DNA from: Chrysomallon squamiferum
Lineage: Eukaryota > Animalia > Mollusca
Length of the DNA stretch: 64,000 bases
Assembly: GCA_012295275.1 (NCBI GenBank)
Contig: CM022670.1
Span: 8,184,001 to 8,248,000, forward strand
Direction: 5' to 3'
Each line of letters begins with the position of its first letter. Position 1 is the first letter of the stretch. The translations under genes and the position numbers were made by a program. This document shows, piece by piece, positions 54,567-64,000 of the stretch. Below the pieces are notes generated by a model that was not told the origin of the DNA, ran no database searches, and saw only the letters and a list, made by a program, of their open reading frames with translations.

Positions 54567-57142
54567 ACCTAACTCGTATTCTTTACACACTCATAAAAAC
54601 AAATACAAACGTCTACAAATTCCATGTAAGTTTTCATATGGAGCGAAAAGTTTAATTATTTTAATTACAGAAAATCTCTATATGTTTTAAATGAAATGTT
54701 TTTCCTTCCCCTTTTACTTCAATTTAATTACCAAGAAACACAATATTAAACAAAAGAAGCCAAACAAACATTGTACTGACATCTTGCTTGTTTGAAGCAA
54801 CTGAATTCAGAGATATTTTTTTAATGTACACCGTGGTCAGCGCTGGACAAACAATAACAGATGTTTTTTGTGGCTGGTGTCTTCGTTCCTGAAATTTCTT
54901 GGAGTCAAACTGACATCCTCTGACCTTTGCAGTTATTTCCAGAAATGTCATAATTTTAAAAAGTAACATCTATGAGAATTCCTACCCCGGTCACAGCATC
55001 TCTCCCTGCCAGTCAGGTTATCATAACAGATGACAGAACAATCTTTATTTCACAAAAACACACACAGATTTAAATATACACAATATATTTCTTTATTTTA
55101 ATTTTAGTTTAAAGTGTTGTCGATTTCATTTGTGTTCGTATCTAGTTATAAACTTCTAAACGTAACTTCATTGACTCATTAACAGCTATCACAACTACTA
55201 ATACTTCTAATATTACTACAGTTGCTACTACTACTACTATTGCTATAGCTACAACTTTTACTACTATAATTACTACTAGTGCTACTGTTACTCTTTTATT
55301 GCTTCTGCTGCTATAACAACTGCAACAATAGCTATAACTATTCTATTACTACTATTAATAGTAGTAATAATAATAATAATAATAATAAACTACAACTGTT
55401 ACTACTACTACTTCTATATTACTTCTACAACTACGAACAACAACAACAACAGTATCGAAGTCAACATCTAAGCATCATCATCATTAATATCTCATTTACA
55501 TGAAATAATTTAAATAAGAACGCCAAACAAGGAATTGAGAATTGTTTAAAGCAAACGCCTTCAGAACTTTTTTTTTTTTTTAATTACTGATAATTTCTGA
55601 ACCCCTGAACCCATCACTCTCTCACGTCTCGACCCAGTGATATCTGCCTGGTATTGTCTTGTTTTGAAAAGCCTGTATGGAACCACGCCGAGTGACAACT
55701 TCTGTTCTTGCAATATTCATTTCACACCTTCACCTACACACACCGCACCAACATGTTTCTGTCGTTAAAACCCACCTTCCCAATATTCTTTCCCTGACCC
55801 GCGTGCCCTCAGTCACAGCGTGAACCATGTCTACGGACGGTGGGGAAACACCTTTAAAACGACGTCGGAAATCGGATTCGAGGTTTTGAGTATGGTTTCC
55901 ATCGTCTGTCAAGGGTTGTGTTTTTTCGTGGTGTTTTTTTAATCTGTGGGGGTGTAATTTGATTTTTCTTCACTGTCACAGCTGAAACTCGTTTTTAATA
56001 GTTGTAAGAGCCAGAGAAAATATTCAGTGTATTGACGTATGTCTAAGTGAAAGCATTGATTGCCGATTGGTAAATAAACCATAATTGGTTGAATAGAACT
56101 GCCCGCCTCACTCGGTCTTTTTCTTTTTAAATCTCACTTTATTTTGCTCTTTCTCTCTTTCTCTCTGTCAATCTGTCTATCTCTTTTTCTTTCATTCTCT
56201 ATCTCTCTGTGTCTCTAATACAGTCATTGTCAAATGATTTAATACTTTAAGATTAAGATTTCTATTTAGCCATTTATCTACCTTTCTACAGATCCTTCAC
56301 ATCCATTACATACGTTTCCATATTTCCCAATCTTTTCCCTGCTACATCCATCCGTCAGTCCTTCGATTCATTCATGCATCCGTCCATTCACCCGATACAA
56401 GCACGTTGAAAGCTTTAGTGGCTAAACATATTTAAAATCCATCTCCGGCTTTTAATACGAAGTCAGATATTTTCAAACACTCGGCTTTACAGCGTGCCAG
56501 CTCTCTTTCATTTTCGCACCACCCGATACCTGCATAACAATGCTGTATGTGGTAAATACATTATTAACTACTTCACCTCTATCTCTTCATCCTCCCCAGT
56601 AAACAAAAGGCCCAGCAGAGTCAAAAAATACTCGGGAAACCCTTGGCTTTATCTGTACATCAAATCTGAATAGAGAAGATCGCTGTATTTCATTAGCTCA
56701 GGCAGATGTACACGTTTGAGTAACAACAGTGGACTAAAGTAGTCAGCTTAGCATTGTTGACGGAGATGATACCCAAACCCGATTCCAAAGATTATTTCTG
56801 GTTCATGTCCCAACATTTCTTCGCTACACTCGTTCACATCGGGGTCATCGGTTAGCCATTTGTTTGCAAGGAAAAGGGGCGAGCAAGTTCCCTTACCACC
56901 GCGGATAGGGTGATCTCCCTCGTTTTGGAGCTCTTTTTTCAAAAGAAACACACGATTTGAGAAGAGGCTATCGACCGTAGAAATAATTATGCTATCAGCG
57001 GCTAATTCCTTTTTTTTTTTTTTTTTTTATTATCGTAAAGAGGGACACATGTATTACTGAGTGGGATTCGGGGTGACAGGGGATTGGGGGACTAATTTCA
57101 ATGAGCGAGATGTTTGAAGATTCCCGAGAAGTAATTGTAAAC

Positions 57143-58097
57143 AAAATGAACGATGTTTGACAATGAGTTGATTGCGCTCGCTTTCTCCGAATATTAACCT
57201 AGTTTGTAGCGACATAAAAATGCAAATTTAAACCAGCCGGTGACATGCTTAAATCCTAGATACACTTTTACTGAGTAAAACGGGTATTTATAACATTTCG
57301 GTATTTAAATTAACCAACTGGATGACATGGTTAACACCTAGAAATTCTTTTCTTTGTAAAACGGGTATTTACGGCATTCCGGTTTCACGGTTAATCCTAA
57401 GTATATAAAAGATAACAAACTTTGAATTTTTTTTTTTTTTTCACTCTTTATTCGTCTTCGTTTCTTCTCAGTTTCTTTATCCTTTATCTGTGATCCCCTT
57501 TTTCCACCTGTGTTATATTTTATTGATAAACGTATACATATCATCATCATTATTGCAACTGAACAATATTAAAAATATTTGTTAATTTCTCCCTATATCC
57601 TTTTTATCATCTGTGTGAAATATGTTTTCACGGGGTAAATATATTGATATAAACTTGATATGAAAGACATTTAACAGTAAAAATATCTTATTTGAGAAAA
57701 TTTCGAAAACAAATAAAAATGAATGACTCTATAAATAATGTTTTTCATATTTAAATGTTTGAAGGACTTTGAATGAAATGACAACACAGAAAAGATTAAG
57801 TGGAATTTGGGACATAATTTTAATTATTTTAAAAAGTATATATATAAAAAAAAGAAAAAAAATATAAAGTATTTTGACAAGAAAGTAATACCTTTGTTTC
57901 AGAACGTCATGATGTCATCTGTTACGTTAATTTAAATAGTAAAATATTATATATTCCCGTTTTACTCAGTAAAAGTGTATCTAGGATCAAAACATGTCAC
58001 CGGCTGGTTTTAAATTTGTAATTTTATGTCGCTACAAATTAGGTTAATATAGAAAAAAGCGAGCGCAATCAGCTCATTGTCAAACATCGTTCATTTT
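57143..58097. mobile_element. Non-autonomous foldback/MITE-like element with ~185-bp imperfect inverted arms
   Basis: 57143-~57328 (aaaatgaacgatgtttgacaatgag...cctagatacacttttactgagtaaaacggg) is the reverse complement of ~57912-58097; the AT-rich interior is non-coding; no TSD identified. Confidence 0.8.
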
Positions 58098-58596
58098 ATT
58101 ACTTTTCTTTCTCTTCTTTCAATCTTTCCTTTCTTTCTTTCCAAGAGATTAAAAAAAAAAAAAAAAAGCATCCTCTTTACATTTAAATTTACTCGTTTAA
58201 TCGGAATCGACATTTACAGCAACAACTGACATCATTGAAATCACTCCATCTCTTTAAGCTTTCGTTTCCAAGCATTCAAGCAGATGTACACAGATTTCTG
58301 ATCGTCTAGACCGAGTGGAAGGTTTGTCAGAGTCGGAGCCGTGGTTTGTTGGCTAATACAGCGTGTTTACACGACCAAAGCTTTGGATACAGTGTAATCT
58401 GTTTTCAATCAGATACCTGTCTTCACACCTGTCAGGTAAAGTTCCAGGTACACGCAGTATGTCCAGACACACCTGCTGCTTACCTGTGAAGGTGCTGTCA
58501 GTTCAAAGTGTTATCAGCAAAACATTTCGAAAATAATATTTCGTTACAATGCCAAAGTCGTTTATCTTTAAAATAATAAATCATGTTCAGACAGTA

Positions 58597-58656
<60 letters not shown>

Positions 58657-59763
58657 TAATAAAAATAATAATAATAATATCAATGATGATGATGATTATC
58701 ATGATCATGATGATAATAATAATAATGATGACGATAATAAAAACAATAATAACACTAATAATAGTAACAGTGACAATAAAAAATATAAAATATAAATAAA
58801 TAATAATATTAATAATAATCTTCAAATAACATATATAAATATCAGTGAATGATGATGATAATATCCTGATGATATCACTTCTGGCATCAAAAATGAATTA
58901 GTCGAAATATTTTCAAATTGTATTATCGACAAAGGCACACCAAATATTAAGCCTTTTCATATTTTCAGATTATATATTCTTCATATCGACCCCAGTATAA
59001 TATTAGAAAACCTGCAACTATATGGTTACATAACAAAACCTAATATAGATATTTTTTTTTCCCCATAAGATACATCTATGCCACCTCTCTATAAGTAATA
59101 ATTAGTGACATGTGTGTTAATATCGAGACTTTCTGAACAGCTCTTCATTCCGTCTGTTTGTGTTTGGCTAATGACGCCTGCAGTGTTGAAACCTCCAAGT
59201 GGCCCTTACAATTCTTTCTTTGCTGACTCCCTCCCCGAACAGTGGCGCACTACACTTTGACTGACACCTGTCATCGGGCGTGAAGGAAAAAGCCGCACTG
59301 ATTTACGTCTATTTAAGATATCAGCACTCGAGTGAAAACTACACAGAGCGTGGGAGCAAACAGAACTTAACAAGTGTATGCACGGGTACTTCTAGACGAA
59401 AGGCAAATAAAAAGTATTCTATGTTTACACGCGTACTTCTGAGACTGTCTTTATTCCAGTGTGTACACTGCACCCGTGTTAAAATCGCTCACCTGGTCTG
59501 ATCTGTTCCATACACTCTTATATGAGTGACTTGAGTTCCCTCTCACTCGCTAAGTCAACACGGTCGTGAAAAGAAGTAAAGTGGCACCTCTTGCAGAAGC
59601 AAATAGATTCCTTGGTTGTAGTTAGTAAATTAAAGTGAAATACTCGCGTCTGATTGTAGTTTAGACGTTTCACCTGCATTTTGAGTCATTATACCTGGGC
59701 AGGCAAACAACATCATTCTGTTACCTGGTCAAGAGCAGCCGAACTGTCTCTTCTTATTTTTTA

Positions 59764-59803
<40 letters not shown>

Positions 59804-60503
59804 TGTCACATATCTGTGTATGATTATATACGTACCGAATACAGTGTTGAATAAAGCTTTTAACATTGCCAGAATAAATGAAAAAATAAATGAGTGAATT
59901 TATAGGTTTTGTATCCTTTCCGGTCTTTCAGTTTTATTATTCTGTTTTTAATATCTTTTAATTTCTTAATCTTGGAGAATCTGAGTTTTGATACAGAATA
60001 TTAAAAACAACAACAACAGCAGCAGCAACAACAACAACAAAAAAACATTCAGTTTTATAAACAAATCCATAATCTGTGGAGACAAATGCACAAACACATA
60101 CATCATACTCTTTGCAGCTTCCCCTCTCTTTCTCAGATACACAGACACACATTCTGAAAGAGGTAAATAAAGGAAAAACGAGAAATATCCAGACATTTCT
60201 ACTAGGTAGCTGAAATTATTCCAAAAAAGTCAGATTAGTTATTGTTAGTGTTAATCTGTTTTATTTTATTATTAATATTTACTTCTTCTTCTTTCTCTCT
60301 CGCAGATTATAGTCCCGTTGTCATCTTTCAAGATTTACTATCGAAGGCTTGGATACATTTCCATAATTCTGAAAACAATAGCAATATAACATTTGTGAAT
60401 AGCATTCAAAGAAACAAGATTTACCTCGGTCAAGCAGAATATATTTTAAATCATTGTTATTAAAACAAAGTTGTACTAATATAACAGTACTGAAAACAGC
60501 AAG

Positions 60504-63170
60504 ATGAGTTTATTACAGAAAGCACTGTACATGGTGTTAATGTTTAGCAGTGTCATTTTGCATAATACCCTTGTGCAGACTCGTACGTTGACAATGTCTG
60601 TGAAGGAAGAAATGCCACAGAACACGACTGTTGGAATGGTGACGTATCTCCCTGGCAACCAGACCATAGACAATACGACAGTTCTCAATTACAGCTTCCT
60701 ACCTCAAGGCTACCCTCATACAAATCGTTTTACCATCGATGCCAACACTGGGAAGATCATGACAGCAGAAGTACTTGACAGAGAAGAACTTTGTGGATTT
60801 TTCCCTGAATGTAAACTAAAGTTAGAGGTAGCCATTCAATCCACGCATCACCAGATATTCCAGAAAGTTAAGGTCGTTGTCGATGTTGTGGACATCAACG
60901 ATAACGCTCCAGAGTTTCCGTCAAAGTCAGTTGTGTTGAAAATATCTGAGTCTGTGTCTGTTAACAGCACGTTCGCTATAGAAGGAGCCGTGGACAAAGA
61001 CGTGGGCAGAAATGCTTTACAAACGTACGACATCATCAGAGGCGAGGGGAAGTTTGACATCAACATTCAAAAAGAATCTCGACGGCGGCAGCGTGGTTAA
61101 TTTAATGGTAATCGAGCCTCTGGACCGAGAGATCAGAGACTTCTACAGAGTGTACGTGATGGCCAAAGATGGTGGGATTCCTAGAAAATCCAATCTGCTC
61201 ATGCTTAACATCACAGTTCTCGACGTCAACGACAACGCGCCTGATTTCACGTCATTGGTTTACAAAGCCAGGGTGAAGGAGGTGATGCCGCCAGGAAGTG
61301 TTATTCTTCAGGTGGCGGCGACAGACAAGGACAGCAAGAAGTTCTGGAAGCCTGTTTACAGGTTCAGCGCTCTGCAGGCTGGAGAATTTAGAGATTACTT
61401 TGCCATCAACGGCTCAACGGGCGAGATAAAAGTGATTTCACCGCTCACACAGATACAAGGAAAGACTATGAAGTTTATTGTGGAATGTGTGGACGGTGGT
61501 GTCCCATCCTTTGTCTCTCAGACCGAAGTTCACATTCAGGTCTTGGATACCATTAACAGTCCGCCTACCATTAACCTCAACGTTCTCTCTGAAGGTAGAA
61601 TTTCAGAGTCGGCCGACGTCGGTACGGTGGTTGCCCACGTCTCGGCGGTGGATCCTGATTCGGGGCGAAATGGACTGGTGAAGTGTTTTGTAAACAGTGA
61701 CATGTTTGAGGTTCACGCACTTGATGTTAATGACTACAAGATTACCACGACTAGAAGTCTGAACAGAGAGGAACGAGCCTGGTACAACATCACAGTTATG
61801 TGTGAGGATGCTGGGAAACCTACGCTAACAACCAAAAATATTTTACTGTTCAGGTTGAGGACGAAAATGATAACACTCCTCAGTTCTCGCAATACACGTA
61901 CGAACTTAATTTAGAAGAAAACAATCCAGTAAACCAGCTTTTGTTAAAAGTAACAGCTACAGACATAGATGCCGGTATTAATGGGAATATTAACTATCAC
62001 ATCCCTGATGGTGAAAAGTATGGCGTGTCTGTCTCAAGCTCTGGTGAAATATTTGCCGAGAAGTCGTTTGACAGAGAAGAGAGTTCACAAATTAGGTTTG
62101 TAGTCGTAGCTTCTGACGGAGGGAAACGGCCAAACAGTGCAAGTGTTACGGTGATAATAAACCTAGAGGACGTGAACGACTTCGTGCCCACATTTTCTCA
62201 GCAAAGATTTATTTTTTCTTTAGAAGAAGATCGTCCAGCCGGTGCTAGTCTTGGAAAGATTTTCCCTCTGGATTTGGACGATGGTGTTAACGGCGAATTA
62301 GTTCTGAACATAGAACTGCCTTTCTACGAGTTTGACAATTTTCCGTTTGTAATCACGTCTGAGGGTGACTTGTTGACTAACAGCCTCCTGGACAGAGAGG
62401 CGAGGAGTCAGTACGTGTTTTCTGTGATAGCTACAGACAGAGGAGACCCTCCTCTCTCCAGCAGCACAGAAATTGTTGTGAATATCATAGACATTAACGA
62501 CAACACACCAGTGATAGTTTCACCCAACAGCGAAAACTCGTCAGTCGTTATCCCCGACCACACAGAGCCAGGAACAGCGATATATTCTGTCATTGCAGTG
62601 GACAACGATACAGAATCTAACGGACATTTGCAGTACTACCTCACCCCGGAATCTGACCACGAACTCTTCCATCTGGACAAGGAATCAGGCGTCGTGTATT
62701 TAAAACGTCATTTAGAACCGGCTGATGGCGGAGTGTATCCTCTGTCCATCATGGTCAAAGACCAGGGAGTTCCGTTCAGGTTTGCCAATGCTTCTCTAGA
62801 GATCACCATTGTAGCTGATAACGAGACTTTTCTTTCAGTTCGTCAGAAAGAAAACACGACCATTGCCATAGTGATGGGCTGCATCACTGGCCTGATAGCA
62901 ATTTGTGTTGTAATAACGATCATCTTCATGAGGAACTCTGACAGAGCGTGGAGACTGAAGAGAAACTCCGGTAATTCTCAGGACAACAGCAACAGCGTTG
63001 ACGGCGATAATAAACTCGACAGCGTCGTTGTTCAAGACGCACAGGCAGCCAAGAGCAACGTCAGCAACGATGCCAAGAAGGACCTCAGTCAGTTGTCTCA
63101 AGGGTGGCACTTTCTACCGGGCGTGGCGGTTGATCTGTCCACTGCAGCGACTCGAACAGCCCAGACGAGT
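60504..63170 (+). CDS. Pcdh: Protocadherin B giant exon (7 EC + TM, ~889 aa; acceptor 60306); 3' cytoplasmic exons probably outside window; two frameshifts
   Basis: Signal peptide MSLLQKALYMVLMFSSVILHNTLVQT; REELCGFFPEC; seven EC repeats across ORFs 60504-61100, 61012-61914 and 61941-63200; TM IAIVMGCITGLIAICVVITIIFM. Phase-0 donor agt|gtatgt at 63170. Frameshifts in A-runs at ~61070 and ~61836. Confidence 0.92.
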
Positions 63171-63296
63171 GTATGTAATGTTAATAATTTCAGTTATTAA
63201 ACTAGTATCAATTAACTTTTATTTTAGAATACGTCTTTAATTAATGTCATTAAAAAGTACTCTGTTTTTTTTTTCTTGTCTCCTTTATTTATCTAT

Positions 63297-63331
<35 letters not shown>

Positions 63332-63829
63332 TTATTTTTAGACACGACTTTTTAAGGTTTGCATGGTAAATATTATCGGGATTAACTACTTGTAAATTAG
63401 TATTATTAAAAACAGACTTTGGCTAGAGTAAATGAACGGCAGTGGTTATAATATTAAACTATTTTAATAATTTATCAGTAAGTTTCAAAAATGAGCAAAA
63501 TATGTTGATAATGTTTTTAATACACATTTAGTAAGGCAAAAACAATATTAATAGAAACGTATTTCATTGGGCAAATTTGTTTATACTTTTCACAATATTT
63601 TGTTAAGTAAGGTATAAATTTATATTCTCTTCTACACAACCTTTTCTTGTGTGCTTTATTTTATTATTATTATTATTTTTTTTTTTTTGTTATATCTTGT
63701 TTTCCCCATATATATATAGAGAGAGAAAATTTTATACAAAATTCTAAGACTGAAATTCATTTTATTCAACTTCTTCACAGAGAGATTAACTAATTTCAAA
63801 CATCTGATACTGGATCTCAGATATTTGTT

Positions 63830-63960
63830 TTCGTTTAGAACATATCCTTCAGACGAAGGAATATTTTATAAGCAATATTTGTTTATAGCGAGAGAAACAA
63901 ATACCACGGCTTCTGAGTTACTGTCCGGAACGGGAAATAACCCAAAGGGCGCACAATGAC
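63830..63960 (-). mobile_element. Degraded SINE-like fragment (same putative family)
   Basis: ataccacggc...ggaacgggaaataacccaaaggg parallels the fragments at 29.9-30.3 kb. Confidence 0.35.
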
Positions 63961-64000
63961 TGCAACAATAATCTAGCAATAATGATTTAATGATTTCACA

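Noticed and set aside
61060-61080. Programmed ribosomal frameshifting, RNA editing or micro-introns as a fix for the Pcdh frameshifts
   Set aside because: The four sites share no slippery or structural context and need different shift directions. A-to-I editing cannot alter frame, and no viable GT-AG micro-intron spans them.

Overview
AT-rich, microsatellite-dense animal genomic DNA, most likely a mollusc (gastropod-like; inferred, not shown). (1) 1191-15770 (+): a PPEF/rdgC-family EF-hand Ser/Thr phosphatase. Its 13 exons join in frame to ~660 aa and include one GC-AG intron; the first exon probably lies upstream of the window. (2) A solitary tRNA-Val(AAC) at 17488-17560 (-), located where CpG-poor DNA switches to CpG-rich DNA. 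(3) Two tandem same-strand 7-EC protocadherin genes, each with the whole ectodomain plus TM in one giant exon. Pcdh-A has exons 32452-35142, 39551-39683 and 39987-40945; Pcdh-B is 60504-63170, with 3' exons probably beyond the window. Each giant exon carries two small indels, more likely assembly errors than pseudogenisation. The most unusual feature is the Pcdh-A cytoplasmic tail: ~10 tandem 22-aa (66-bp) repeats (GSxxSTPxNGCRKxDxW) between a DSGRG motif and a PP1-docking KRVTF motif, resembling an expandable multisite phospho-array. The spacers hold motif-dense regulatory islands, a ~955-bp foldback/MITE, degraded SINE fragments and minisatellites. Most listed ORFs are microsatellite artefacts.
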